In this document: positions 1 to 13,207 of the stretch, in pieces
Position numbering within the stretch: the first letter of the stretch is position 1
Layout: each line of letters begins with the position of its first letter
DNA from: Laetmonice hystrix
Taxonomy: Eukaryota
DNA: 64,000 nucleotides
Assembly: GCA_965235115.1 (NCBI GenBank)
Contig: OZ249436.1
Coordinates: forward strand, 43,030,001 to 43,094,000
Direction of reading: 5' to 3'
Translations under genes and position numbers: made by a program
The notes under the pieces: model-generated
Databases searched by the model: none
The model's input: only the letters and a program-made list of their open reading frames with translations
Told to the model about the DNA's origin: nothing

Positions 1-3000
1 TGACGTATGACGTCATAATGAGGTCATCAATATTTTCTAGGGCCTATAACTCCTCAAGTGTGGGAGATAAAGCCATGGTTACTATTGAACATGAATAGGA
101 AGTCATAAATGCTCTTTCAATTGACACCAACATTTATTAGGTAGCGTGACGTATGACGTCATAATGACGTCATTGGTATCTTCTATGGCCTATAAGTCGA
201 AAACAGTGCAAGATAGCACCATAGTTACTATTGAACACGAATAGGAAGTCATACATGCTCTTTTAATTGAGGCCAAGTTTGATGACGTAGCGTGACGTAT
301 GACGTCATAATGACGTCATCAATACTTTCTAGGGCCTTTAACTCCTAAACGGTTGGAGACAAACCCATGGTTACTATTGGACATGAATAGGAAGTCATAC
401 ATGCTCTTTCAATTGACACCTACATTTACTAGGTAGCGTGACGTATGACGTAATAATGACGTCAGGAATCATATCTCGGTCGTTTTTCAAGATATCTAAG
501 TCAAACTTGGTGGACATGTTTATAGTCACCAACTCTGTTTTGACAATGAGTCATGACGTCACATGACGTAACGTCATGACGTACAATGACGTCATCAATA
601 TTTTGTAGGGCCTATAATTCCTAAACGGTGGGAGATAAAGCCATGGTTACTATTGAACATGAATAGGAAGTCATACATGCTCTTTCAATTGACGCCAACA
701 TTTATTAGGTAGCGTGACGTATGATGTCATAATAACGTCATTGGTATCTTCTATGGCCTATAAGTCGAAAACAGTGCAAGATAGGACCATAGTTACTATT
801 GAACACGAAAAGGAAGTCCTACATGTTCTTTCAATTGAGGCCAAGTTTGATGACGTAGCATGACGTATGACGTCATAATGACGTCATCAGTATTTTCTAG
901 GGCCTATAACTCTTAAACGGTGGGAGATAAAGCCACAGTTACTATTGAACACGAATAGAAAGTCATGCATGCTCTTTCAACTGAGGCCAAGTTTAATGAC
1001 GTAGCATGACGTATGACGTCATAGTGGCGTTATCTATATTTTCTAAGGCCTATAACTCCTAAACGGTGGGAGATAAAGCCATGGTTACTACTGAACATGA
1101 ATAGGAAATCATACATGCTCTTTCAATTGACACCAACATTTATAAACGTCATAATGACCTTACTAAGTCATAGGGACATGCCCCCCAAGGGATGGGATCC
1201 ATCGTGGTTTTCACCACGACAGGTCTAGTTATTATTATTATTATTATTATTTGCGTAGTAGTAGTAGTAAACAATTTGTTTACAGGGTCATGACTGGGTC
1301 ATAACTTGGTCATTTTTCAAGATATCAATGTCAAACTTGGTAGGCATGTTGATAGTCACCAACTCTGATCTGACACTGAGTCATGACGTCACATGACGTA
1401 ACGTCATGACGTCATGACGTCATTCGTGTTCTGAATACTGGGACGGTTTTCAAAGTTAATATGAAGACTTTTTAGGAACTGATGACACTGTCAAAATTGG
1501 GCCGGGTCCTAATTAATTTTTTGCAAGTATTCTGACCTTTGACCTTTGACATGTCAGAAAGCTGGGTCATAGGTCATAAAATGCTTAAATCCCTACTTCT
1601 TCCTTAATTTTCATTAAAATTTTGTGAAATTGCACAGGGGTGGTGTCTGACGAGAGTTTCAAAGGAATCAGGTTAGTCACAATTGATTTGACCTATATTC
1701 GCTGAGTCACGTGACTTAAAAGTTTTGAACAGTGGTCAATTTGGCTATCTATTGCTGTAACTCATAAACGGTTCCACAAAGGGCCATGGTTACTATTGAA
1801 CACGAATAGGAAGTCATGCATGCTCTTTCAGTTGACGCCAAGTTTGATGACGTAGCGTGACGTATGACGTCATAATGACGTCATCAGTATTTTCTAGGGT
1901 CTATAACTCCTGAACGGTGGAAGATAGAGCCATGGTAACTATGGAACACAAATAGAAGGTCATGGATGCTCTTTCAGTTGACGCCAAGTTTGATGACGTA
2001 GCGTGACGTATGACGTAATAATGACGTCATTGGTATCTTCTATGGCCTATAGCTCATAAACGGTGCCAGAAAGGGCCATAGTTACTATTGAACACGAATA
2101 GGAAGTCATGCATGCTCTTGCAATTGAGGCCAAGTTTGATGACGTAGCGTGACGTATGACGTCATAATGACGTCATTGGTATCTTCTATGGCCTATAAGT
2201 CGAAAACAGTGCAAGATAGCACCATAGTTACTATTGAACACGAATAGGAAGTCATACATGCTCTTTTAATCGAGGCCAAGTTTGATGACGTAGCGTTACG
2301 TATGACGTCATAATGACGTCATCAATAATTTCTAGGGCCTTTAACTCCTAAACGGTGGGAGACAAACCCATGGTTACTATTGGACATGAATAGGAAGTCA
2401 TACATGCTCTTTCAATTGACACCTACATTTACTAGGTAGCATGACGTATGACGTAATAATGACGTCAGGAATCATATCTCGGTCGTTTTTCAAGATATCT
2501 AAGTCAAACTTGGTGGACATGTTGATAGTCACCAACTCTGTTTTGACAATGAGTCATGACGTCACATGACGTAACGTCATGACGTACAATGACGTCATCA
2601 ATATTTTGTAGGGCCTATAATTCCCAAACGGTTGGAGATAAAGCCATGGTTACTATTGAACATGAATAGGAAGTCATACATGCTCTTTCAATTGACGCCA
2701 ACATTTCTTAGGTAGCGTGACGTATGATGTCATAATGACGTCATTGGTATCTTCTATGGCCTATAAGTCGAAAACAGTGCAAGATAGGACCTTACTTACT
2801 ATTGAGCACGAATAGGAAGTCCTACATGCTCTTTCAATTGAGGCCAAGTTTGATGACGTAGCATGACGTATGACGTCATAATGACGTCATCAGTATTTTC
2901 TAGGGCCTATAACTCTTAAACGGTGAGAGATAAAGCCACAGTTACTATTGAACACGAATAGGAAGTCATGCATGCTCTTTCAACTGAGGCCAAGTTTAAT

Positions 3001-5158
3001 GACGTAGCATGACGTATGACGTCATAGTGGCGTTATCTATATTTTCTAAGGCCTATAACTCCTAAATGGTGGGAGATAAAGCCATGGTTACTACTGAACA
3101 TGAATAGGAAATCATACATGCTCTTTCAATTGACACCAACATTTATAAACGTCATAATAACCTTACTAAGTCATAGGGACACGCCCCCCAAGGGATGGGA
3201 TCCATCGTGGTTTTCACCACGACAGGTCTAGTTTGCGTAGTAGTAGTAGTAGTAGTAGTTGTTAACAATTGTTAACAGGGGTCATAACTTGGTCATTTTT
3301 CAGGATATCTAAGTCAAACTTGGTGGGCATGTTGCCAGTCACCAACTCTGATGTGACAATGAGTCATGACGTCACATGACGTAACGTCATGACGTCATGA
3401 CGTCATTCGTGTTGTGACTATTAGGACGGTTTTCAAAGTCAATATGGATACTTTCCAGGAACTGATGACACTGTCAGAATTGGGCAAGGTCCTGATAATT
3501 TTTTTGCAAATATTTTGACCTTTGACCTATGACCTGTCTGAAATCTGGGTCAAAGGTCATAAAATGCTTAAATCCCTCTTTCTTCCTAAATTTTCATTAA
3601 AATTTTATGAAATTGCACAGGAATGGTGTCAAATGAGAGTTCCAAAGGAATCCGCCTTTCTACAATAGATTTGACCTACATTCGCTGAGTCACGTGACCT
3701 CAAAGTTTTGAACAGTGGTCAATTTGGCTATCTATGGCTATAACTCATAAACGGTGCCAGTAAGGGCCATAGTTACTATTGAAGACGAATAGGAAGTCAT
3801 GCATGCTCTTTCATTTGACACCAATATTTATTAGGTAGCGTGACGTATGACGTCATAATGACGTCATTGGTATCTTCTATGGCCTATAAGTCGAAAACAG
3901 TGCAAGATAGGACCATAGTTACTATTGAACACGAATAGGAAGTCATACATGCTCTTTCATTTGAGGCCAAGTTTAATGACGTAGCGTGACGTATGACGTC
4001 ATAATGAAGTCATCAATATTTTCTAGGGCCTATCACTCTTAAACGGTGGGAGGTAAAGCCAGAGTTACTATTAAACACGAATAGGAAGTCATGAATGCTC
4101 TTTCAGTTGACGCCAAGTTTGATGACATAGCGTGACCTATGACGTCACAATGACGTCATCCGTATTTTCTAGGGTCTATACGTCCTAAATGGTGGGAGAT
4201 AAAGCCATGGTTACTATTGAAAACAAATAGGAAGTCATGGATGCTCTTTCAACTGAGGCCAAGTTTAATGACGTAGCTTGACGTTTGACGTCATAGTGAC
4301 GTCATCAATATTTTCTAAGGCCTATAACTCCTAAACGGTGGGAGATAAAACCATGGTTACTATTGGACATGAATAGGAAGTCATGCATGCTCTTTCAATT
4401 GACGCCAAGTTTGATGACGTAGTGTGACGTATGACGTCAAAATGACATCATCAATGTTTTCTAAGGCCTATAACTCCTAAACGCTGGGAGATAAAGCCAT
4501 GGTTACTATTGAACATGCATAGGAAGTCATACATGCTCTTTCAATTGACACCAACATTTATTAGGTAGCGTGACGTATGACGTAATAATGACGTCATTGG
4601 TATCTTCTATGGCCTATAAGTCGAAAACAGTGCAAGATAGGACCATAGTTACTATTGAACATGTATAGGAAGTCATACATGCTCTTTCAATTAAAGCCAA
4701 GTTTGATGAGGTAGCGTGATGTATGACGTCATGTGACGTCATCAATATTTTCTAGGGCCTATAACTCTTAAACGGTGGGAGATAAAGCCATGGTTACTAT
4801 TGAACATGAATAGGAAGTCATACATGCTCCTTCAAGTGACACCAATATTCATTAGGTAGCGTGACGTATTACGACATAATGACGTCATTGGCATCTTGTA
4901 AGACCTAGAACTCAAAGGCGGTGCAAGATATGGCCATAGTTAATATTGAACGTGAATAGGAAGTCATGCTCTTTCAATTGACGCCAAGTTAGATGACATA
5001 GCATTACGTATGACGTCATAAATACATATCCTGACATCATACATCATAATGACATCATTTAGTCGATAGAGCCATAGTTAACCCTACTCAGAACATTACG
5101 GAAAGGACATGTCGCCCAGGGGATGGGATCCATCGTGGTCTAGCCACGACATGTCTAG
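1..5158 (+). mobile_element. Tandem array of at least 3 non-autonomous Helentron/Helitron-like (HINE/DINE-type) elements of about 2 kb, each with internal 146-bp satellite units
   Basis: Three near-identical 3' ends: GGGATGGGATCCA + hairpin TCGTGG-n-CCACGA + CTAG then T, with CTAG at 1225-1228, 3228-3231 and 5155-5158. (ATT)n/(AGT)n microsatellites lie at the junctions. TGACGTATGA recurs at 1, 147, 293 and 439. The paralogous site near 14646 lacks the element. Confidence 0.7.
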
Positions 5159-5743
5159 TTTTGACTGTGCTCCAAGCATAAATCAAATGCACATCATTGA
5201 GCCGGGACTCATTGAGCAGTATTTTGCCTGCATCAGGCATGGAAGCAACTAAAATAGGCCGCCAGTGCTTCTCCCAAAGTCAGTGGGCAATATTACAATA
5301 GTATCATGTTTATGATACAAGTAGTCCTACCATGTGTCGTGTTGTTGTCGTTCATAGGCGCGGCCATATTGCTTCCCAGTAATTTGACAAATTACCGTAT
5401 CCCGCCCATTTAGGTAAATTAGGTGATTCATTTTTCTTCTTCAAACGTTCCCCTTCATACCAGAAATTTATTATATTTGCACATACGACGCCGAAGCAGC
5501 AGGTCTCAATAATGCACTACTTCCTGGCTCGATTGGATATGACGGTTCACTCACTGCCTCGCTACACAGGTCCATCTCGCCATGTATCTGGTTGCCATAA
5601 TGGCCACCAATTCATCCGAGGGTATTTTCGAATAGCAGGAAGTGACATCAAATGCCCGAGGGAATCCCGAATGGTCAAGTCCCAGAGGAATCATAGCGTA
5701 GAAACGTGTTCGTTCATACATGGGGCCAGTGGATATTTCTTAA

Positions 5744-7300
5744 AGCGTAGCCTCAGTGATTTCTTTAAAACTCTCCTTGTACTTACTATGTCAAAGATTT
5801 ATGTTTCAAAAATCATAATCCAAACGCTCGTATCTGTGGACTGCATTGTTATTTGTGTCAGACCACTATATAATAGAGGGCCTACTTCTGCCAGTTCTGG
5901 CTGGGGATGCTTAGAAACGAGAGTTGTGACGTCACAACAGGAACACGTCGGGCTAAGCCTAGGCGTGGACAGGCATTGTAATGTCCGCCACGGCAAAGCA
6001 GATTTTACGCGTGCTTGTGAATAATTTATTTTCTTCTGGTAAAACTCAAAGTCAGCTATAATGATAAACAAGCTGCCACAGGCTTCGGAAAAATTTAGGT
6101 CTTAGGGTGGAATTATTCTGTAACTTTTGCCCAAGCAAGTGCACAGTCCGAAGCTGGCCTATCCTTACCTTGGCTTAGGCTTAGCTTGAATCTGACTGGT
6201 AGTGTTAGCACTCGACTTACTCTAGACTAGTTGACAGTGGAAGCACGTCATCACTCGGACTAGTCTAGAGAAATGTGGGCAGCACGGACATGGAGGTTTT
6301 TGAAGAGTAATTTCAGTAAATATTAAAAAAGAAGAAGAAAATGATGCTGTCCCGCCCCGCCTATGTGATTGAGCGCGAAGCTTTGACAGAGCGTCAGCCT
6401 ACCGGCACTGCAGCCCGGTTGGCCGTCAATAGCCAGGCCGTGCATTGCGTGGCTTTCGCTAGGCCTACATTGGAGAGGGGTCTAGGAAAGTCGAGGCCTA
6501 GATCTATACAGAAACATTTATATGTTTCGGACAATTCGAATAAAATTTACTAGATATTAAGCAGGGGTATTTGTTTACTAGTGTGGAGTTTTAATCCGGT
6601 ACGTAGACCTAGGCTGTCGTGTTTAGGAGTGTTTTTACTTTTGACTTTTTGTTGCGACCTGTAACAAAACATAGCCGGGATAAAGCTTAGGGCCACCTGG
6701 GCCAGTTAACTTTTTGATCGGTTTCATGCACTGACCTTATAGATGAGAGGATACACGGCTTCCGTATAATGATTATAACCAGTATAAGCAAGGGGAGCTC
6801 AAGACTCGACACAAGCACTGTCCCACTGTCACTCAGTTTACTGTTGGAGTCGCCATTGCGTCAGTGTCAGTGTCAGTGCTGCACTCCCGCACTGATAAAA
6901 ATTCAGGCTGCAGCCTGCCGTAGCCTCCGTAGACCTATATATTTCCAATGGAAGTCAACATTCATCAATTTTCAGTTGAGAACATCCGTCTCCTCACTAA
7001 AAACGGAACCTAACTCACTATACTTATCACTTTCTCGACTCGCTGTGTGCCAGGCGATAGGCTTATAATGGACGGTGGTCTGTGACAGTTCAGTGGGCGA
7101 GTTCCTGTTGTGACGTAATGGGCCATGACATCCACCAGATGGCGTTTCAGTCGAGGCCCTGTCACTTTTGCTTGGTTACGGGTAGAAAATGCAGTGTCAC
7201 ACGGAAACGCAATTAAATAAAATATTGAAAATTGCCACAAAAATAGTACATGCTCTCAGGATTGGAGCACAATTATAACTAGAACGACTGAGACCTATCT
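5744..7300. mobile_element. Non-autonomous TTAA-targeting DNA transposon (Kolobok-like)
   Basis: TTAA at 5740-5743 and 7301-7304. Imperfect TIRs: AGCGTAGCCTCAGT vs rc AGATAGGTCTCAGT. Empty TTAA site at 15324-15327 in copy B. Purine-purine termini with a TTAA TSD fit Kolobok. Confidence 0.75.
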
Positions 7301-7759
7301 TTAAAGTCTGTTCCTTTTGTCCAGTTAAATCTCTACATGCTGAAGAGGTCCTACTACTCCCGCGCCACAAAACGGGCTTCTGATTGGCTGGCCTTTACCA
7401 GACCAGCCAATACGAAGCCTGTTAATGTACTTAAGTAAGCATTACTCAAGTGGAACTCTCCTAGGCCTTCGCGCTGGCCGCTTATCACCCGGAATTTTAT
7501 AATTTATTAGGGGCAGCCACTTCGTCAGCAATTCGTAGGCACGCATATATAATTATTAATGTTGCTTATTTCACTACAAGGTATTTACAAGGCAGTGTGC
7601 TATTGTATCTCTATTTATAAATTAATAAAAAAAACTTATGGTGAGGTAGAGTATGTTTAAAATAAAGTTTACACAACCAAACTTCAGCAAACTAAACTCT
7701 TTTATGTTAGGTATAAAATAGCCAAGGCACAATAAGTTTGATTGAGTAGTTTAGAAGTT

Positions 7760-8373
7760 ATTACTCGACACCAATAAGCCAAAAATTTCTGACCCAGAGA
7801 TTTTCAGGCTACTTTCACATAAAATAATTCTACATTTTTCGAGTATTTTGGTGCAAAGAAAATGGCGGGTCACCATATCGAATCCTGAGTTATGAGCATT
7901 TGAAGATAGGCCTTCAACTCGCACTACTACAGCCTACAGTAGAGAGGGATACGTGAAATTTTTGGTTCGAATTAGAAGAGAGAAGATTTTTTTCAGACAT
8001 TTCTAACCCAGAGATTCTGAAAATACTTCTCAGAATTGTTGCATGACTTGTTTTGAACACTTTAGATTAAAAAAAATCATATGTCACCATGGAAATTCAT
8101 GAGATATCGACATTTTCACTACCAAGGGTCTTATCGGTCCCATAGACTCCAATGTTAAAACACATAGTCAAGTAGGCCTACATTTTTCTGGCATCGTGAA
8201 GCCTTTTTTTGTCAAACTGTTTCTGGGATGCGAAGCGGCCAGACTTGACTTTACTCTCTGCATTGCCGTGTTGTTGACAGCATTGAGTGACGTAAAAAAT
8301 GCGTTGCAACGTGTAAAAATAGAGTTCGTCAATTGCCACGAGGTGGCGCCACTGAGAAAAGTGACGCGTCTCT
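7760..8373. mobile_element. Left-truncated Kolobok-like element fragment
   Basis: Absent from copy B. Right end GACGCGTCTCT is followed by TTAA (8374-8377), matching the TTAA at 16456-16459 in copy B. The left end and about 55 bp of flank are missing. Confidence 0.5.
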
Positions 8374-9164
8374 TTAATTGCCCCCGCCCACCCCCGCTGC
8401 TGTTGCCAGAAATAGTCCCCTATTCATAGCGGCACGAAGGTCATTCTCAGGCCAGTTACTGTTGTGGCCAGCAGCCAGTCGGATGTTTTGTTTACAACAG
8501 AAGACGTTCTCGGCCTGTAAACCAACCAACCTCGTGCCAGGTCACGTCACGCATCGCCTGCCTCACGTTGTCACGTGATTTATGCGGGGGTCCTCGGCTC
8601 TAGATTATACATTCGTCCAGTCCGTTGATATAATCTTGGTGACACAACTTCATCGAATTTATGTGAACTATTTTTGTTTTACTTTACGGATTCAATCACA
8701 TGTTACACATGTTACACCTTAATCCTTTGTTGCTGTTGGACAGAGTTGACGTCAGGTGGGTGGGTCTTGGGTGGGCGGGGGTGGATTTCGTAACGGCTTG
8801 GTCACGGATGGCGTCACAATTTGCATAGCAACACTTGACCTGTAGGCCTACAATCACCTGGAGACTTAAAGCTCGCCTTCTTATTGTACAGCGTGTATTT
8901 ACGGTGAACGTAGCGGACACGGGGAAACATGGACAGGTAAGGCTGGCGATTTATGTTTGTGACAATAGACCTATATAATATTTCATTGAGAGATGGGTGC
9001 CCATTTCCCTAACGCGACATCTTGGCGACATTCCCTAATGGGGTGGGCCGGGGAGGGACATTTTAGTGGAACACTAAAATTGAGGATGTCGCGGAGAAGT
9101 GACCGTTAATGAAACGGGCCCCTGGTGAAATCTTGCTTGCCTCATCGCTCGATGTCCCGCAGTA

Positions 9165-9634
9165 CAATCACACTATAGTATCCGTGATGGTGCAATCACA
9201 CTATAGTATCCGTGATGGTGCAATCACACTATAGTATCCGTGATGGTGCAATCACACTATAGTATCCGTGATGGTGCAATCACACTTAACTATAGTATCC
9301 GTGATGGTACAATCACACTATAGTATCCGTGATGGTGCAATCACACTATAGTATCCGTGATGGTGCAATCACACTATAGTATCCGTGATGGTACAATCAC
9401 ACTAGAGTATCCGTGATGGTGCAATCACGCTATAGTATCCGTGATGGTGCAATCACACTAGAGTATCCGTGATGGTGCAATCACACTATAGTATCCGTGA
9501 TGGTACAATCACGCTATAGTAGCCGTGATGGTGCAATCACGCTATAGTATCCGTGATGGTGCAATCACGCTATAGTATCCGTGATGGTGCAATCACACTA
9601 TAGTATCCGTGATGGTGCAATCACACTAGTATCC
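9165..9634. repeat. 28-bp minisatellite CAATCACACTATAGTATCCGTGATGGTG (intron 1, copy A)
   Basis: Tandem repeats seen directly, about 17 units. Confidence 0.95.
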
Positions 9635-10077
9635 AGATTAAATAGTGTAAAGTTTGCAAGAAGTACTTTCTCATGCCCTGATTGGCTCGAGTTATGAAAC
9701 AGCAATTCAGTGATCGCCTGGGGAGTTTTATCACTTTGAGGTTCTTCATGTCAAAACAAGTCAACAACACGCACAGAAAGTAGACAAATACATGTCCAAC
9801 GGTTTACCTTGACGTTGGTTTTGTTTGGGACACTTACTTGTTCGTTTGGGGAGTAAGACTTGGGAAATAGCTCGTGGCCAATCAGCGCACGTCTTTCAAA
9901 AATACAGAGAAAACTGTAAGACCCGGTTTTTAAATGTTTTTCGTCTTGCTCTGTTTAAGCCGCCTCTTTCTGTTTGTGCAACAGGGAAGAATCTAAAGAA
10001 GAAAAACGAGACACTCAGTCGTGGTACCAACGGCATGATGTTCTCGTGTTCATCATAGGACATGTTTTTATCGGAGT

Positions 10078-10529
10078 CATCATAGCAGCCATTGTTGTGT
10101 TAGGTAAGACCAATCAAACAACATCATAGCAGCCATTGTTGTGTTAGGTAAGACCAATCAAACAGCACCATAGCAGCCATTGTTGTGTTAGGTAAGACCA
10201 ACCAAATAACATCATAGCAGCCATTGTTGTGTTAGGTAAGTCCAATCAAATAACATCATAGCAGCCATCGTTGTGTTAGGTAAGACCAATCAAACAACAC
10301 CATAGCAGCCATCGTTGTGTTAGGTCACCAATCAAATAACATCATAGCAGCCATCGTTGTGTTAGGTAAGACCAATCAAACAACACCATAGCAGCCATTG
10401 TTGTGTTAGGTAAGACCAATCAAATAACACCATAGCAGCCATCGTTGTGTTAGGTAAGACCAATCAAATAACACCATAGCAGCCATCGTTGTGTTAGGTA
10501 AGACCAATCAAACAACACCATAGCAGCCA
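10078..10529. repeat. 44-bp minisatellite containing the exon 2 splice donor (copy A)
   Basis: Unit CATCATAGCAGCCATTGTTGTGTTAG|GTAAGACCAATCAAACAA, about 10 units. The first unit is the coding exon end. Confidence 0.95.
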
Positions 10530-12049
10530 ATTCCAAAACTACGCAATTTATAGTTTGTTCTGTCTTACAGGAATGTGGCGCCAATGGGACGCAACCGTTT
10601 TCTCCCGGAGCCCAGCGTTCGCGACCCGTTTCCGCACGTTCGTGGTCGGCTTGGTGTCGACGCGTCAAGTCGATGGTATTACTGGAAGCTACGTCCTGAA
10701 CTGGCGTCCGTTTGGTCGACCGTGTTCGTCTGGCTATGTTACTTGAGTCACCAGCTCTCGATCTGGATGGTAACCTACCTGGCTCAGCTACACAAGGCGA
10801 GGTCCAAGGAACCCAAGTATACCACCAAACTCAACAAATACAACTGGATATGTCTGGCCCTGAACATGTTCTTCCATGTGCTTCACGTAATTCAGACCCA
10901 CACAACGTATGACGGACTGGCACCGGAGTTAACGGTTACAACGCCGCAGTCGTCCGCCATCATGCTCTTCATCTGGGTGCTAGTGTTGGAATACTCCGAA
11001 AGGGGGCTCCTCTTCTACTGGCCAACCTCCCAGGACACGGGAAAGTGGAGTCGACGGTTCCGTCTCAACCTGAAGCCTGTTTACCTCGCGAGGAAGTATC
11101 ACTCATACATGTTTGGGTGGGCTGCCATCCATACAGTTTGGTACCATCCGATGGAGAACACCTATGGGCACATCCTTGGGTTCTACCACACATGGCTCTT
11201 CCTGCTTCAAGGGTCACTCATGTACACGAAGCTACACCAGAACCGCTGGCTGCGACTGTTTCAGGAAGTTTGGGTCGGTGTACATGGCGGACTGGTAGCA
11301 CTGCAGACAGGTGGACCTTATCTGAATGGCACCAAGCTCTGGCCAATGTTCACGTTTGGGGCCTTCTTCATGCTAGTTTACACGTGGATCTTCATTCTTC
11401 CATTCTGGGCCAAGGTTCCGGCTTGGACGCGAGGTGCCCCGTTGGTTGTCTTCATCGCATGTGCCGTTGGGGCCTACTCCCAGATACCTGATTCTTCAGG
11501 GCGTTACTACGTTCGCCTCCGAGAAGTCTTTATGTTCCCTTTAATATTTTATTCTGGATTCCTGGTCGCCTACATCGCGCTCTACTTGTTCTCCTGGGTT
11601 GATGAGAAGGTTCACGGTGGAAGTACGCCGCCGGAAACAGTCAGCGCCACCAAGCAGGCACTGAATATAACCGGCTTCTTCCTTGTCTACGCCATCATGG
11701 TGGCTGTCCCATGCATCATGCAGGTACTCGATCTTCAACTATCCATGTTTATGTCTATGGCACTTTTAATAGTTGTCTACATTCTTGGATCTTCTCTCGG
11801 CATGCTCTTCATGAAACGGACCATTCCGCGGAGAAAAATGGCGCCTAAGATGGAGAAAGAAGGTAGCGAGCTGCAGAAAGTAGTCCCGGTAGACGTCTGG
11901 TGTACAGGCTTCACGAACGGTGAGGTGAAGGAAACTTTGAAGAACAAGCCAAGTGAGATGTCCATGAATGCTTCGTCGACCTGAATGGTGGCAAGAGACC
12001 ATTGAAGCATGATATGAAGCTGGAATCCTTGGACTTCGTTGTACACGGG

Positions 12050-12449
12050 GGTAAGTCGATTTGCCCTCTAGATGAGGACAATGCCCTGTGATGTGGTTTG
12101 CAACGCATTCTAGCAGAGGCAAGATAGCAAGATTTTGCACTGCAGAGTTCGTGGTTTTGCTCACGTTGAGCGCAACACTACAGTGTAAAAACCGGCGCTC
12201 TCTATTGTGACAGTCGAGGGGAAAGGATATTATATTCTACACGTTAGATGATTCTATGGATCCTTGCTTACTCAATGGCACTATGAATCATAAATCTTAC
12301 CTTGCCGAAGATTTGCTTCTCGTCAGGTTTTGTGAATCTACCGCTGGCGTGTTGCTATCTTGCCTCTGTCAGAATGCGTTGGAAACCACACCAGAGGGCG
12401 TTGCCCTCACTGAAGGCGCCTCCCGCATCTAGAGGGCAAATCGACTACC
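12050..12449. mobile_element. Foldback/MITE-like element just downstream of the copy A stop codon
   Basis: AGTCGATTTGCCCTCTAGATG...GCAAGATAGCAA is inversely repeated as TTGCTATCTTGC...CATCTAGAGGGCAAATCGACT. Not present in copy B. Confidence 0.6.
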
Positions 12450-13207
12450 ACTCCAGTCGGCCTCGGCGAGGGGTCGATGCAACAGCTTCTAGTTCTTGTT
12501 TCGGTATTGCAAAAGACTATATACTCTGACTGTGTTGTCTGAAGCACATGGCGGGGAGCGTGACTGACCCTGAACACCCTGGTACTACATCCTTCCGCGC
12601 TCAGGGTTGAACCGCTTCAAGCGATTCCCTCCCCCTTCCAACAGCCAACCTTTTTTCACGGGAGAAAAGATCGCAGCGCCATCTGCTTATGACCTAATAA
12701 TTCTTCGTGCGGTACCGCACGAACCAATCAGATTACAGCACTTCCTGAAGCCGCGATTAATTAAAAAAAAATCAGCTGGCATTTCTGGTTAGCCGGAACA
12801 TCCCCAGTAAAGATATTGTGGTCGAAGAAAGATGCCGACGCCAACGATGGCAGCAACGGTTAGGCATTAAATCCTGACAGTGAGAGGAACAACTTTGAGT
12901 TGACAAGGCTGCAAGAACAGGCCTAACTAACCCGGAAGAGGCCAAGCCCGACAGCTAGCGCCGGCGAGACCGGGCCGAGCAGGCCAGTGTTTGGATGCCA
13001 ACCGCAGCGAAGCTACGATGCTGAAATCGGGGGAGCTAAAATTTGTGCATCAGTGAACTGGGCAAGGCAAAAGCTTCTATCAGGTATTTTTGTAAGCTGG
13101 GTGCTATATTCTATCTTTAGGTTTAGTCATCAGCATATAAAATTTTAATTTCATTTAATTCGAAAGATGTCCTGGTGGAGAATTCGTAACTACTTGTATT
13201 AATAATC

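Larger units (their letters stand above)
8929..11984 (+). pseudogene. His-rich multi-pass membrane protein, copy A: frameshifted (pseudogene, or an N-truncated product from ATG 10584)
   Basis: Exons 8929-8936, 9985-10103 and 10571-11984 match copy B. A 40-bp deletion between ACGC direct repeats near 10592 sends the spliced frame to a stop at 10744-10746. The downstream frame (ATG 10584 to 11984) is still open. Confidence 0.75.

Noticed and set aside
5512..6024. 170-aa ORF and its 126-aa paralog at 15096-15476
   Set aside because: No recognisable domain, and the two diverge exactly at a transposon junction. The similarity reflects the recent duplication only.
11045..11491. Overlapping alternative-frame and antisense ORFs in both membrane-gene copies
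   Set aside because: Shadow ORFs of the real coding exon.
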